Assembly: GCF_004353825.1 (NCBI RefSeq)
Contig: NZ_SMNA01000008.1
Location: forward strand, 1-64,000
Direction of reading: 5' to 3'
DNA length: 64,000 nucleotides
DNA from: Occultella glacieicola
Lineage (GTDB): Bacteria; Actinomycetota; Actinomycetes; Actinomycetales; Beutenbergiaceae
Positions within the stretch are counted from its first letter, which is position 1, and each line of letters opens with the position of its first letter. A program made the translations under genes and the position numbers. Shown here piece by piece: positions 21,104 through 32,417 of this stretch. The notes under the pieces are model-generated. The model was not told the origin of the DNA. It saw only the letters and a list, made by a program, of their open reading frames with translations, and made no database searches.

Positions 21104-23317
21104 CTATTTTCCGCCCGGCGACCCGGCCACGCACCCCGCTCGGCCGGTTCCGAGAGACTCCTGATCGTCGGGTGTGACCACGATCACCTCGTGGCCGGTC
21201 AGCGCGGGTATCGACACCCACAGACGCGGCCCGTCCCGTCGGGTCACCAGCGGGTCCCCGGCGACGAGGCCGCGGGCGTGACTGAGCGCACCGTCGGGGT
21301 CGTGGATCCCGAGCCGGTACGGCCCGATGCTCCACAGGTCCTCGACGGTGCCGGGGGTGGCCTCCGAGCGCCCCGCGTCCAGGAGGTGGATCACCCAGTG
21401 ATCTCCCTGCCGGTACGGGTGCAGGTCGATCCGGCCCGGTCCTTCCAGGAGCACGGGCTCGGGGCCCCGGAGGGTCCACCGGACGAGGCCGGCGAGCAGG
21501 TGGTGGTGGTCGGCGAGGTCGTTGCGGCCCGCGCACCGGTCGAGGTCGGCGGCGAGGTGGACGGTGCGCCCGCGCCCGCCGGCTCCCTCGGTGACCACGA
21601 TCGCAGGCAGGGCGGGCTCCGCCACGGGCGGCCGCCAGGAGGTCTCGGGCGGGTAGACCCCGAAGGCCGGGACTGCGGTGGCGAGGACGTGCGCGCCCGG
21701 CCGGACCGCCACGTGCTCCAGGCGGCCGCCGAAGCCGATCAGGTCGGTGCCGGTGAGCTCGGACCAGATCGGCTCTGCCGAGTCGGGCCAGTCGCGGGTG
21801 CGCTCGAGGTAGGTGTGCCGGCGGGCGTCCTCGAAGCCGCCGGTGTGCGGGCCCGTCGCCCCGGTGGCCGTGCCGAGCGGGCGGGTGCCGAGGATCTCGG
21901 CGAGCGGCCCGGCCGGTGCCGGCTCGCCGTTCTCGTCGAGGGCCCCGAGGGGGCCGGAGGCGATCAGGTTGCCGCCCGCCGCGACGAACGAGGCGACAGC
22001 GTCGCGCTGCGCGGCGGTGAGCACGGCCAACTGGGGCAGCACCACGGTGGTGAACCGATGCCCCTGCTCCGCCAGGTCGTCGACGTGCAGGGGTGTGGCT
22101 GGGACGCGGGCCGCGAGCAGGGCCCGTCGGAACCCGTCCGCCGGGATGGTCGTTCGGGACACGGCGTCATCGCCGCCGTACACGGCGGCATTGAGGTCCG
22201 ACCAGACCAGCGCCACCCGTGCCACCGGGGTGCGGTCGCGGAGGTAGGCCTCGTTGCGCCGGTGCCACGCGAACAGTCGCCCGGCCCGGTCGTACTGGCG
22301 CCGGTCGCCATGGACCGCGCCGATGTGGTGCCACCACGGGTCGATGCCACCCGCGGCCCCGGCCGCCATCCACAGCGTCGCCTCGCCGGCGGGCATGGCC
22401 GCGAGCCGGAACACCGGGTTGCCCGCTCGGTACATCGCCATCGACTCGGCCAGGACGGACCCGGCGGACATCAGCTCGGTGAGCCTCCGCCCCGTCTCGG
22501 CGTTGTCCTCGAAGCCGCGCCCGCCACGGAACTGGTGGTCCACGAGCACCACCCGGGCATCCGAGACCAGCGCGCGGGCGTCGATGAACCGGTCCACCTG
22601 GGCGGTGGTCGAGGCCGGCAGCATGCCCAACCAGAGGCAGTCGGAACCGCCGTGCTCACGCGCGACCCGGGCGTTCTCGGCCCAGATCCGGCAGCGTCGG
22701 TCGACGTTCCAGCGGTACCAGGACCGGTAGGTGGCGTCGGCGAAGTCGACCACGTCGGGCAGGGCGAGGCCGGTTGTGTCGCGGAAGCCCGCGCGGCAGT
22801 GCGCACAGTGGCAGACCCGACGGCGGTCCAGGCCGGCCCAGCTGTTGTCCGCGAAGCCGTCGGGCCGGTACGCCGCGATGATCTCCGAGAGCACGGCGGG
22901 CAGGTGCTCGGTGTAGTACGGGCTGTTCACGCAGGTCACGGTCAGGTCGCCGGCCCGGTACGGGATGCCGTCCGCGTCGCGGGCGAGCCAGTCGGGCCGC
23001 GCTGTGGCCACCGCGGCACCGACCCGTGAGGAGTCCATCCGCGCCACCACGGCCAGCCCGGCGGCACGCGCATCGGCGGCGACCTCGCCGAAGAGATCCC
23101 GGTCGCCGAGGTAGCGGGCGCGGGCGTGCCCGTCGATCAGGGTCGGGTAGTAGGCCACGATCCCGCCGGCATTCACGATGACGGCGTCGATACCGGTGTC
23201 CCGCCACTGATCGCGCCACAGGTCGCGCGGATACCGGACGGGGTCCATCTCGGTGAGGTTCGTCTGCCCCCACCTCCGGACCCGGGTGTGCCAGGGGTGG
23301 GTCGAGGTGCCGGTCAT
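21104..23317 (-). CDS. Putative glycoside hydrolase (GHL6-like barrel plus beta-galactosidase trimerisation-like domain)
   Basis: NAGGIVAYYPT, CVNSPYY, YRPDGF and CHCAHC motifs; class-I GATase-like C-terminal segment; next to a sugar ABC operon. Confidence 0.7.
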   Translation of the reverse strand: MTGTSTHPWHTRVRRWGQTNLTEMDPVRYPRDLWRDQWRDTGIDAVIVNAGGIVAYYPTLIDGHARARYLGDRDLFGEVAADARAAGLAVVARMDSSRVGAAVATARPDWLARDADGIPYRAGDLTVTCVNSPYYTEHLPAVLSEIIAAYRPDGFADNSWAGLDRRRVCHCAHCRAGFRDTTGLALPDVVDFADATYRSWYRWNVDRRCRIWAENARVAREHGGSDCLWLGMLPASTTAQVDRFIDARALVSDARVVLVDHQFRGGRGFEDNAETGRRLTELMSAGSVLAESMAMYRAGNPVFRLAAMPAGEATLWMAAGAAGGIDPWWHHIGAVHGDRRQYDRAGRLFAWHRRNEAYLRDRTPVARVALVWSDLNAAVYGGDDAVSRTTIPADGFRRALLAARVPATPLHVDDLAEQGHRFTTVVLPQLAVLTAAQRDAVASFVAAGGNLIASGPLGALDENGEPAPAGPLAEILGTRPLGTATGATGPHTGGFEDARRHTYLERTRDWPDSAEPIWSELTGTDLIGFGGRLEHVAVRPGAHVLATAVPAFGVYPPETSWRPPVAEPALPAIVVTEGAGGRGRTVHLAADLDRCAGRNDLADHHHLLAGLVRWTLRGPEPVLLEGPGRIDLHPYRQGDHWVIHLLDAGRSEATPGTVEDLWSIGPYRLGIHDPDGALSHARGLVAGDPLVTRRDGPRLWVSIPALTGHEVIVVTPDDQESLGTGRAGCVAGSPGGK

Positions 23318-23369
23318 GGTGGTTCGCTCCTTCGCGCAATACAGGGGGAGATCTTGGCTTGCGGGAGAA

Positions 23370-23419
23370 CTTGTTTGACAAGATTACATGGCGACTGCAG
23401 ACTGAGCGAACCGCTTCGA
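23370..23419. promoter_or_regulatory. Divergent sugar-locus promoter with palindromic operators
   Basis: cttgt-ttg-acaag (23370-23382) overlapping TTGACA; cgaa-ccgc-ttcg (23407-23418) is LacI-like. Confidence 0.5.
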
Positions 23420-23482
23420 CAGTCCAGGTGACGGTCAGGCGGTACCAACCCCACGCCACGACGAAGTGAAGGTGATCGACAG

Positions 23483-25129
23483 ATGAATCCCCACCAGCGG
23501 CCGCGCATCGCTCGGCGTTCGTTCCTCACCCTGGCCGCAGGCAGCGCCGCGTCGGTGCCCCTGCTCGCGGCCTGCGGCTCGGGTCCCGGCGGCCCGGACG
23601 CCGGCCCCTCCGGAGGCGGAGCGGTCGACGTCGACTCGGTCATCCCGGACTACATCCCGCGGGACATCGTGACCCCGGACTTCCCGAGTGTCGACGGCTC
23701 GACCCCGGGGTACCTGAGCTTCCCCGACGAGTTCGTGGCGTCGGTGGACGAGGTCCCCGGCCGCGGCAGCTCGTTCACCGCGATGACCCCGTTGTGGTCC
23801 ACGGTGCCCCCAGGCCTGCCGGACAACAGCTACATGGTCACCGTGAACGAGGAGATCAACGCCGACTTCCGGTTCCAGATCACCGACGGCAACGCCTACG
23901 GCGAGAAGCTCCAGGCGGTCCTGGCCGCGGAGTCGAGCGTGCCCGACTTCGTCACCATCCCCTCCTGGACCCTGCCGCCTCGATTCGGCCAGGCCGCCGA
24001 GAACCTGTTCGCCGACCTGACTCCGTACCTCGCCGGGGACAAGATCACCGCGTACCCGAACCTGGCCAACATCTCCTCCGAGGCGTGGCGCTGCTGTGTC
24101 TTCGACGGGAAGCTCTACGGACTGCCCTATCCGAGTGACCTGATCAACTCGGTGATCTTCTACCGGCACGACCTGACCACCGATCTCGGCATCGAGGTCG
24201 CGCCGACGAACGCGCAGGAGTTCCTCGACCTTGCGCTCGACCTGACCGACCCCGGGGCGAACCGCTGGGCCATGAACGACATGTGGGCGGGGGCACAGCT
24301 CATGTTCGGGGTACCGGACAAGTGGCTCCTCGAGGGCGGCAACCTGGTGCACCGCGTGGAGAGCGAGGCCTACCGGCAGGCGCTGGAGTTCCAGGCGGAA
24401 CTGTTCGCGGCCGGCGTGGTCCACCCCGATGCGGTCGCCGGCAACGAGCAGCAGGCCCGGCAGCGGTTCATCTCCGGCGAGGTCGTCCTCACCCCGGACG
24501 GCGCAGGTGGCTGGCTGAGCGCCACCCGGGAGGCGTACGCCGGCAACCCCGGCTACAACCAGCAGCCGGTCCCGGCGTTCGCGGGCGACGGCGGAACGCC
24601 CGTGATCTACAAGGGCACGCCGTCGAACCTGTTCACCTTCATCAAGAGGACCGACGACACCGAGCGGCTGGAGGAACAGCTCGCCCTCGCGAACTACTTC
24701 GCGGCACCCTTCGGCACGAAGGAGCAGATGCTGCTCGAGTACGGCGCCGAGGGCGTGCACCACGAGCGCGACGAGGCGAACGTGCCCACGCTCACCGAGA
24801 CCGGGCTGCGCGAGGTCGCCCGGACCTACACGTGGATCACGCGGCCACCGATCGTGGCGTCGCAGGTGCAGTACCCCTCCTATGTGGAGGACTTCGCCAC
24901 CTGGATGGCCGGCGTCATGGAGTACGCCGTGGACCCGGTGTTCTACACCCAGCAGATCGTCGAGCCGCCGGAGTTCGGCGCCCTCGAGCAGCCCTTCATC
25001 GATCTCGAGATGGACATCGCGCGAGGCCGCGCCGATATCTCCCAGCTCGACGGCGCGATCGAGAATTGGCGCTCGGCCGGTGGTGAGCAGCTGCGCGAGT
25101 TCTACGCCGAATACCTGGACGAGCAGTGA
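23483..25129 (+). CDS. Carbohydrate ABC transporter substrate-binding Tat lipoprotein
   Basis: RRSFL Tat motif; LAAC lipobox; LplA-like. Confidence 0.9.
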   Translation: MNPHQRPRIARRSFLTLAAGSAASVPLLAACGSGPGGPDAGPSGGGAVDVDSVIPDYIPRDIVTPDFPSVDGSTPGYLSFPDEFVASVDEVPGRGSSFTAMTPLWSTVPPGLPDNSYMVTVNEEINADFRFQITDGNAYGEKLQAVLAAESSVPDFVTIPSWTLPPRFGQAAENLFADLTPYLAGDKITAYPNLANISSEAWRCCVFDGKLYGLPYPSDLINSVIFYRHDLTTDLGIEVAPTNAQEFLDLALDLTDPGANRWAMNDMWAGAQLMFGVPDKWLLEGGNLVHRVESEAYRQALEFQAELFAAGVVHPDAVAGNEQQARQRFISGEVVLTPDGAGGWLSATREAYAGNPGYNQQPVPAFAGDGGTPVIYKGTPSNLFTFIKRTDDTERLEEQLALANYFAAPFGTKEQMLLEYGAEGVHHERDEANVPTLTETGLREVARTYTWITRPPIVASQVQYPSYVEDFATWMAGVMEYAVDPVFYTQQIVEPPEFGALEQPFIDLEMDIARGRADISQLDGAIENWRSAGGEQLREFYAEYLDEQ

Positions 25130-26115
25130 CGGCTGCCCCGCAGGCGGCGCGGCGGCGCGAGCGGGCCGCCGCGCCGGCGCCCCAGGTGCCGACCTCGCCG
25201 CGCCGCAAACGCCCGATGCGTGCCCGGCTGCGCGAGGACTACCCGCTCCTGCTGATGTGTCTGCCGGTGGTCATCCTGCTCGCGGTCTTCATGTACGCAC
25301 CGATGCTCGGCAACGTCATCGCGTGGATGGACTACTCGCCCTACGTGGGGATCCTCGGCTCGGACTTCGTGGGCTGGTGGAACTTCCAGCGGGTGGTCGC
25401 CGACCCCCGGTTCTGGCACGCGGTCCAGAACACCCTGATCATCACCGGGTTCCAGTTGGTGTTCTTCTTCCCGGTGCCGATCGCGATGGCGATCCTGCTG
25501 AACAGTGTGCTCACGAAGCGGGTGCGCACCGCGATCCAGTCGATCGTGTACCTGCCGCACTTCTTCTCGTGGGTGATCGTCGTCTCGATCTTCCAGCAGA
25601 TCCTCGGCGGCGCCGGGCTGGTGAACCAGTTCCTGCGGTCCCGCGGCCTCGAGGCGGTCGAGATCATGACGAACCCGGACACGTTCCTGCTGCTGATCAC
25701 GTCCCAGCAGGTCTGGAAGGACGCCGGCTGGGGCATGATCGTGTTCCTCGCGGCACTGTCGACGGTGGACCGTTCGCAGTACGAGGCGGCCGCGGTCGAT
25801 GGCGCCGGCGCCTGGCGGCGGATCTGGCACGTGACGCTGCCGGCGCTGCGCCCGGTCATCATCCTGCTGCTGATCCTCCGGCTCGGCGACGCCCTCACCG
25901 TCGGGTTCGAGCAGCTGATCCTGCAGCGCGACGCCGTGGGCGCCGGGGCTGCGGAGGTGCTCGACACCTTCGTCTACTACTCGGGCATCGTCTACGGCGA
26001 CTGGAGCTACGCCGCCGCGGCCGGCCTGATCAAGGGCACCGTCAGCCTGATCCTGGTGCTGGGTGCCAACAAGATCGCGCATGTGTTCGGTGAGGCAGGG
26101 GTGTACCAACGATGA
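25126..26115 (+). CDS. Carbohydrate ABC permease (LplB-like)
   Basis: YEAAAVDGAG EAA loop; YLPHFFSWV. Confidence 0.93.
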   Translation: MTAAPQAARRRERAAAPAPQVPTSPRRKRPMRARLREDYPLLLMCLPVVILLAVFMYAPMLGNVIAWMDYSPYVGILGSDFVGWWNFQRVVADPRFWHAVQNTLIITGFQLVFFFPVPIAMAILLNSVLTKRVRTAIQSIVYLPHFFSWVIVVSIFQQILGGAGLVNQFLRSRGLEAVEIMTNPDTFLLLITSQQVWKDAGWGMIVFLAALSTVDRSQYEAAAVDGAGAWRRIWHVTLPALRPVIILLLILRLGDALTVGFEQLILQRDAVGAGAAEVLDTFVYYSGIVYGDWSYAAAAGLIKGTVSLILVLGANKIAHVFGEAGVYQR

Positions 26116-27092
26116 CCACGACAGTCCCCAGAACGTCCGCCCGGGTGAGCGAGGCGGGAGGTTCCGCGGCACGCGGACCCGGGCACCGCCGTCGGCACCC
26201 CGATCGGCCGCCCTACGAGGCGGAGCCGGGACCGGTCGCCAAAACCGCCAAGACGACCGCGCTCACCGTGATCGTGCTGGCGGTCCTGGTACCGCTGTGG
26301 ACCGTCGTGGTCACCAGCCTGTCCACGCAGGCGGCGATCAACGACGCCGGTGGTCTGGTCCTGGTGCCTGGTGAACTGACCGTCAAGGCCTACACCGACA
26401 TCATTCGGGGCGGGGTCGTCACCCGTGCGGTCGGGGTGAGTGTCCTGGTGACCGCCGTCGGGACGGCGTTGAGCCTGGCGGTGGCGATCCTCACCGCGTA
26501 CGGGCTCTCACGTCCCGGGTCCCTCGGACACCGCCCGATCCTGTTCATGCTGCTCATCACCATGTTCTTCGGCGCCGGGATGATCCCGACCTACCTGGTG
26601 GTGGCGGGCCTCGGGCTGATCGACTCGCTCTGGGCGCTGATCCTGCCCACCGCGGTCTCGGCGTTCAACATCCTGATCATGCGGAACTTCTTCATGAACA
26701 TCGACCGCGGCATCCTCGACAGCGCGCGGATCGACGGGGCGAGTGAGTGGCGGATCCTCGGCCAGATGGTGCTGCCGCTGTCCAAGGCGGTGATCGCGGT
26801 GGTCGGCCTCTTCTACGGCGTCGCCTACTGGAACGCGTTCTTCAACGCCGTCCTCTACATCAACGACTCCGCCAAGTGGCCCCTGCAACTGGTCCTGCGC
26901 TCGTACGTCCTGCAGGGCCAGGCGGTGCCGGGCACCACCTTCGACCCATCCAGCCTCGACGGCGGTCAGACGGCCGGCCTGGCCATCCAGATGGCCGTCG
27001 TGGTGCTCGCCATGGTGCCGGTCCTGATCGTCTACCCGTTCGTCCAGAAGCACTTCTCCAGCGGCGTCATGATCGGCGCCATCAAGGGCTGA
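26112..27092 (+). CDS. Carbohydrate ABC permease (LplC-like)
   Basis: [19 protein letters not shown]...GAIKG. Confidence 0.93.
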   Translation: MTTTVPRTSARVSEAGGSAARGPGHRRRHPDRPPYEAEPGPVAKTAKTTALTVIVLAVLVPLWTVVVTSLSTQAAINDAGGLVLVPGELTVKAYTDIIRGGVVTRAVGVSVLVTAVGTALSLAVAILTAYGLSRPGSLGHRPILFMLLITMFFGAGMIPTYLVVAGLGLIDSLWALILPTAVSAFNILIMRNFFMNIDRGILDSARIDGASEWRILGQMVLPLSKAVIAVVGLFYGVAYWNAFFNAVLYINDSAKWPLQLVLRSYVLQGQAVPGTTFDPSSLDGGQTAGLAIQMAVVVLAMVPVLIVYPFVQKHFSSGVMIGAIKG

Positions 27093-27130
27093 GCGAGCCC
27101 GCCCAGTCAACGATCCGAAGGGAACCACCG

Positions 27131-27910
27131 ATGACCGAGTCCGACACCCCGCTCCGCGTGCTCGTCTGGGGCGAGAACCGCCACGAACAGCTCGAGGAAC
27201 ACGTCGCGGCGCTCTACCCCGACGGGATGCACGGGGCGATCGCCGCGGGCATCACCGAGCAGGCGCAGGTGCCCGTGGAGGTCCGAACCGCCACCCTGGA
27301 CGACCCGGAACACGGCCTCACCGAGGCGGCTCTCGCCGAGACCGACGTGCTCACGTGGTGGGGGCACAAGGCGCACCGGGAGGTCTCCGACGAGGTCGTG
27401 GACCGGGTCCAGCAGCACGTCCTGGCCGGGATGGGTCTGGTGGTGCTGCACTCCGGGCACTTCTCGAAGATCTTCAAGCGGCTGATGGGCACCACCTGCA
27501 GCCTCACCTGGCGCAACGACGCCGAGCGGGAGCTGGTCTGGACAGTCGCACCCGACCACCCGATCGCCGCCGGGGTGCCGCACCCGATCGTGATCGACGC
27601 GCAGGAGATGTACGGCGAATTCTTCGACGTCCCGGTGCCCGACGAGACCGTGTTCCTGAGCACCTTCGCCGGGGGAGAGGTCTTCCGCAGCGGTCTCGTG
27701 TACCGTCGCGGCCGCGGGAAGGTCTTCTACTTCTCGCCCGGTGACCAGGAGTACCCCGTGTACCACCACCGCGACGTCCGGCGCGTGGTCGCCAACGCCG
27801 TCGCCTGGGCCCGACCCGAGGTCTCCGAGCGGTCGCTGCCCGGCCTGGTGCGGGTGGGGGAGCAGCAGGACTGGTCCGGCCGCACGAGCGTGCCCGAGCC
27901 GGTGCGATGA
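27131..27910 (+). CDS. ThuA-domain (trehalose utilisation) protein
   Basis: [34 protein letters not shown] and EMYGE motifs. Confidence 0.9.
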   Translation: MTESDTPLRVLVWGENRHEQLEEHVAALYPDGMHGAIAAGITEQAQVPVEVRTATLDDPEHGLTEAALAETDVLTWWGHKAHREVSDEVVDRVQQHVLAGMGLVVLHSGHFSKIFKRLMGTTCSLTWRNDAERELVWTVAPDHPIAAGVPHPIVIDAQEMYGEFFDVPVPDETVFLSTFAGGEVFRSGLVYRRGRGKVFYFSPGDQEYPVYHHRDVRRVVANAVAWARPEVSERSLPGLVRVGEQQDWSGRTSVPEPVR

Positions 27911-29061
27911 CCTCCGCCACCGAGCGCCGGGTCGTGGTGGCGGGCGCGGGCAACATGGGCCGCAAGTGGATCGCCACCATCGCCGGGACGCCGGGCGCCC
28001 GGGTGGTCGGCATCCTCGACGTCGACCTGGCGGCAGCAACCGCGGCCGCCCGGAGCATCGACTCGCCCGGCGTGCAGGTCCGCACCGACGTCGCCGACCT
28101 CGCCGACCTGATCGCGACCACCGGCGCGGACGTGGTGATGGATGCCACGATCCCGGCGGCCCACCACCCGGTCACGGCCATCGCGCTGCGATCCGGCTGC
28201 GCGGTGATCGGAGAGAAGCCCGCCGCGCAGACCGTGGCGCAGGCCCTGTCCCTGTGCGCCGGGGCCGAGGCCTACGAACGGCTCGTGCTGGTCAGCCAGT
28301 CGCGTCGGTACAACCCCCACGTGGACGCGCTCGTGGCCCACGGAACCGTCCTCGGTGACCTGGGAATCCTGCAGACGGACTTCTACCGGGCGCCGCACTT
28401 CGGCGGCTTTCGGGAGGAGATGGACCACCCGCTGCTCCTGGACATGGCGATCCACCCGTTCGACACCGCCCGCTATGTGCTCGGCGCGGAACCCGTCTCG
28501 GTGTTCTGCCGTTCGTTCAACCCGTCCTGGAGTTGGTACCGCGGGGACGCCGCAGCGGTCGCGACGTTCGAGATGGACTCCGGCGCCCAGTACACCTACA
28601 ACGCGAGTTGGTGCAGCGACGGTGCCGAGACCTCGTGGAACGGGTCCTGGCGGCTGAACGGGACCCACGGCACGGTGCTCTGGGACGGCGAGTCCGACCC
28701 CGTGCCCGACGTCGGCCCGCAGGTGCCCCCGTCCGGCCACGCCGCGGACCACGGTGCCGCGAGGTCGGGCATCGCCGGTGCCTGGGACGCGTTCCTGGCC
28801 GCCCTCGAGGCGCCGCGGGTCGCCGGCCCGCGGGGCCACATCCATGAGAACGTGCTCAGCCTGGTCATGGTCGAGGCTGCGATCGCCTCGGCCCGGGCCG
28901 GCCTGCCGCTCGCGATCGACGACCTGCTCGAGCGGGCCCGGGAGCGTGCGCTCGCCGACGAGACCGACCCGGTGGTCCGGGAGCGGTTGGCGTGCTGGGG
29001 CCCGGTCCGCGAGCACCTGCTCGCGGCGGGCCGGGCAGGGGTGGCGGGCGTGCTCGGTTAG
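27907..29061 (+). CDS. Gfo/Idh/MocA-family oxidoreductase
   Basis: GAGNMG, GEKP and [10 protein letters not shown] motifs. Confidence 0.9.
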   Translation: MTSATERRVVVAGAGNMGRKWIATIAGTPGARVVGILDVDLAAATAAARSIDSPGVQVRTDVADLADLIATTGADVVMDATIPAAHHPVTAIALRSGCAVIGEKPAAQTVAQALSLCAGAEAYERLVLVSQSRRYNPHVDALVAHGTVLGDLGILQTDFYRAPHFGGFREEMDHPLLLDMAIHPFDTARYVLGAEPVSVFCRSFNPSWSWYRGDAAAVATFEMDSGAQYTYNASWCSDGAETSWNGSWRLNGTHGTVLWDGESDPVPDVGPQVPPSGHAADHGAARSGIAGAWDAFLAALEAPRVAGPRGHIHENVLSLVMVEAAIASARAGLPLAIDDLLERARERALADETDPVVRERLACWGPVREHLLAAGRAGVAGVLG

Positions 29062-29135
29062 GGCGGGGCCGGATGCCCGACGGCGATCGTCGCCTCGGGC
29101 GCACCGGCCGGGGTCGGCCGCGGCGTTCGGACGCC

Positions 29136-29687
29136 TCAGAGCGTGGCGGTCCAGGCGGCCTCGGGCACCTGGGTGCCCGCCACCTCGAGCACCCGGCGGA
29201 CCCCGATCGGCTCGAACCCGGCGGTGCTCAGGAAGTCCTCGCGGGAGGCGTCGCCGTGGAGCACCCAGGTGCGGACGTGGCTCGCGCCGGTGCTCCCCAG
29301 GATGTCGGTGCAGGCGGCGAGCAGCCGCGAGCCGTGGCCCTCGCGCAGGTGCGCTGGGTCCACGTAGAGGGCGACGACCTCGCCGGTGTCCGTCGACTCG
29401 GGGGCCGGCGCGAGGGCCGCGAACCCGACCACCTCCGGACCGGCACACGCGGTCAGCATCCGGTGCTTCGCCGTCGGCGGTGCCTTGATGGCCGCGCCCC
29501 AGGCGGCGGCGAACACCTCCGGCTCGAGCCCGTCGAGCACCCGTGCCGGGAGGACCTCGGCGTGCGCCGCACGCCAGGCCGCGACCTGGATGGCGCCGAG
29601 GGTGTCGGCGTCCTCCGCCAGGGACGGGCGCACCGAGACGTCGGCGGTGAGGCCGTGGGAGTGTCCCGCGTGGTTCTGCGAAGTCAT
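29136..29687 (-). CDS. GNAT-family N-acetyltransferase
   Basis: LYVDPAHLREGHGSRLL acetyl-CoA motif A. Confidence 0.88.
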   Translation of the reverse strand: MTSQNHAGHSHGLTADVSVRPSLAEDADTLGAIQVAAWRAAHAEVLPARVLDGLEPEVFAAAWGAAIKAPPTAKHRMLTACAGPEVVGFAALAPAPESTDTGEVVALYVDPAHLREGHGSRLLAACTDILGSTGASHVRTWVLHGDASREDFLSTAGFEPIGVRRVLEVAGTQVPEAAWTATL

Positions 29688-29796
29688 CCTCCCAGGCTAG
29701 GCGGTCCCGGCCGGGGCGAGGTCCACCGGTTCCCGGCGATGGCCCCACCGGCGGTCCGATGCCGCCGCGCAGGCGTGCAAGCGGTACCGTCATCCC

Positions 29797-30711
29797 ATGC
29801 CCAGCCTGAGCCCATCGCGCACGTTCGGGTCCGTCTCGGTGGCGATGGTCACCCCGATGAACCCCGACGGCAGCATCGACATCCCGTCGTCCCGTCGACT
29901 CGCTCGGCACCTGGTGACCGCGGGCTGCGATGCCCTGGTCCTGAACGGGACCACCGGTGAGTCCCCGACCACCCACCAGCCGGAGAAGGACGAGTTCGTC
30001 GAGGCCGTGGTCGAGGAGGTCGGTGCGGAGGCGATGATCATCGCCGGTGCCGGCTCGAACGACACGGCGCACGCCGTCCGGATCGCCGAGGCTGCGCAAC
30101 GGACCGGAGCGCACGGCCTGCTCGTGGTCAGCCCGTACTACAACCGCCCCTCCCAGGAGGGCGTCTACCAGCACATCCACACCGTCGTCGAGGCCGTCGA
30201 CCTGCCGGTCATGCTGTACGACATCCCAGGCCGGACCGGTGTCTCGATCGGGGACGAGATCCTCGATCGGCTCGCTGAGCATCCGCGGGTGAAGGCCGTC
30301 AAGGACGCCACCGGCGACGTCGCCCAGGGCTTCGACCGGATGCGACGCACCGGCCTGGAGTTCTACTCCGGCGACGACGCCCTGAACATGGCCTGGCTGA
30401 CCCACGGCGCCTCCGGCGTCGTCAGTGTGGTCGGGCATGTCACCGCCCGGGGCTACGTGGACATGGTCCGCGCGGTCGACGAGGGCGACCTCGCCACGGC
30501 ACGGGACCTGTCCGCCCGGCTGCGGCCGGTCCTGGACGCACTGATGGGCGGCGGGCAGGGTGCGGTGATGGCCAAGGCCGCGCTCGCGCTCCAGGGCGTC
30601 ATCGGCCAGGCCACCGTCCGTCTGCCGCTCGTTCAGCCGAGCGCCGCCGAGATCTCTGACCTGCGCGCCGTGTTGCGCGCCCATGGACTACTTGAGGAAG
30701 TCACTAGATGA
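29797..30711 (+). CDS. dapA: 4-hydroxy-tetrahydrodipicolinate synthase
   Basis: GTTGESPT, PYYNRP, LYDIPGRT, VKDA and YSGDD motifs. Confidence 0.98.
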   Translation: MPSLSPSRTFGSVSVAMVTPMNPDGSIDIPSSRRLARHLVTAGCDALVLNGTTGESPTTHQPEKDEFVEAVVEEVGAEAMIIAGAGSNDTAHAVRIAEAAQRTGAHGLLVVSPYYNRPSQEGVYQHIHTVVEAVDLPVMLYDIPGRTGVSIGDEILDRLAEHPRVKAVKDATGDVAQGFDRMRRTGLEFYSGDDALNMAWLTHGASGVVSVVGHVTARGYVDMVRAVDEGDLATARDLSARLRPVLDALMGGGQGAVMAKAALALQGVIGQATVRLPLVQPSAAEISDLRAVLRAHGLLEEVTR

Positions 30712-32393
30712 GCCATCCCCACCCCGATCTCCAACTCCCCGGGCCGCTCGCGCCCGGCGCCCTGCGCATCGTGCCCCTCGGCGGGCTCGGCGAGGTGGGC
30801 CGCAACATGACCGTCTTCGAGCACGACGGCAAGCTCTTGATCGTCGACTGCGGGGTCCTGTTCCCCGAGGACCACCAGCCCGGCGTGGACCTGATCCTGC
30901 CGGACTTCGACTACATCGCCGACCGCATGGACGACATCGAGGCGATCGTGCTCACGCACGGCCACGAGGACCACATCGGAGCCGTGCCCTACCTGCTGCG
31001 GCTGCGGCGCGACATCCCGCTGGTCGGTTCCCAGCTCACGCTGGCGTTCCTCGAGGCGAAGCTGAAGGAACACCGGATCACCCCGAACCTGCAGGCGGTC
31101 TCGGAGGGCCAGCGCCGCACCTTCGGTCAGTTCGACCTCGAGTTCGTGGCCGTGAACCACTCGATCCCGGACGCGCTCGCGGTGGCCATCCGGACGTCGG
31201 CCGGGTCCGTGCTCCACACAGGCGACTTCAAGATGGACCAGCTGCCCCTGGACGGGCGGATCACGGACCTGCGCGCCTTCGCCCGCCTCGGCGAGGAGGG
31301 CATCGACCTGTTCATGGTCGACTCCACCAACGCCGAGGTGCCCGGCTTCACGGTCGCCGAACGGGAGATCGGTCCGGTCCTGGACGGGGTCTTCACCCGG
31401 GCCGACGGCCGGATCGTGGTGGCCTCGTTCTCCTCGCACGTGCACCGCGTGCAGCAGGTGCTGGACGCCGCGAACGCCCACGGGCGCCGGGTGGCGCTGG
31501 TGGGCCGGTCGATGGTGCGGAACATGACGATCGCCGCCGAGCTCGGCTACCTGCACGTGCCCGACGGCGTTCTGATCGACGTCAAGAAGATCGACGACCT
31601 GCCCGACGACCGGGTGGTGCTGATGTGCACCGGCTCCCAGGGTGAGCCGATGGCGGCGCTCTCGCGCATCGCGAACCGGGACCACCGCGTCTCGGTGGGC
31701 CCGGGGGACACGGTGATCCTGGCGTCCTCGCTGATCCCCGGCAACGAGAACGCCGTGTTCCGAATCATCAACGGCCTGATCCGCCTCGGTGCGAAGGTGG
31801 TGCACCAGTCCAACGCGCGCGTGCACGTCTCTGGGCACGCCTCCGCAGGCGAGCTGCTGTACTGCTACAACATCGTGCGCCCGAAGAACGTGATGCCGGT
31901 GCACGGGGAGATCCGCCACCTGGTCGCGAACGGGGCGCTCGCCGTCTCCACCGGGGTGCCGCCGGAGCGGGTGGTGCTCGCGGAGGACGGCGTGGTCGTC
32001 GACCTGATCAAGGGCAAGGCGCGCATCGCCGGCGCGGTGCCGTGCGGCTATGTGTACGTGGACGGCTCCTCCGTCGGCGGGGTCACCGAGGCCGAACTGA
32101 AGGACCGCCGGATCCTCGGCGAGGAGGGCTTCATCTCGATCTTCGCCGTGGTGGACTCCTCGACGGGCAAGATCGTCTCCGGCCCGCAACTGCACGCCCG
32201 CGGCGTGGCCGAGGCGGACGAGAAGCTCGCCGAGATCGTCCCCGAGGTGACCAAGGCGCTGACCGAGGCCACCGCCGGCGGCAACGTCGATACTCATCAG
32301 CTGCAGCAGGTCATCCGCCGCGTCGTCGGCCGCTGGGCCTCGACCCGGCTGCGCCGCCGTCCGATGATCATCCCCGTCGTCGTCGAGGCCTGA
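30708..32393 (+). CDS. rnj: Ribonuclease J
   Basis: GGLGEVGRN, THGHEDHIG, HTGDFK and HVSGHA motifs; follows dapA. Confidence 0.98.
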   Translation: MSHPHPDLQLPGPLAPGALRIVPLGGLGEVGRNMTVFEHDGKLLIVDCGVLFPEDHQPGVDLILPDFDYIADRMDDIEAIVLTHGHEDHIGAVPYLLRLRRDIPLVGSQLTLAFLEAKLKEHRITPNLQAVSEGQRRTFGQFDLEFVAVNHSIPDALAVAIRTSAGSVLHTGDFKMDQLPLDGRITDLRAFARLGEEGIDLFMVDSTNAEVPGFTVAEREIGPVLDGVFTRADGRIVVASFSSHVHRVQQVLDAANAHGRRVALVGRSMVRNMTIAAELGYLHVPDGVLIDVKKIDDLPDDRVVLMCTGSQGEPMAALSRIANRDHRVSVGPGDTVILASSLIPGNENAVFRIINGLIRLGAKVVHQSNARVHVSGHASAGELLYCYNIVRPKNVMPVHGEIRHLVANGALAVSTGVPPERVVLAEDGVVVDLIKGKARIAGAVPCGYVYVDGSSVGGVTEAELKDRRILGEEGFISIFAVVDSSTGKIVSGPQLHARGVAEADEKLAEIVPEVTKALTEATAGGNVDTHQLQQVIRRVVGRWASTRLRRRPMIIPVVVEA

Positions 32394-32417
32394 GCGACCC
32401 CCGGCGCGCGGGGTCGT

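Noticed and set aside
23406..23419. cgaac...ttcga as a LexA SOS box
   Set aside because: Spacing does not fit CGAAC-N4-GTTCG, and the context is a sugar operon.
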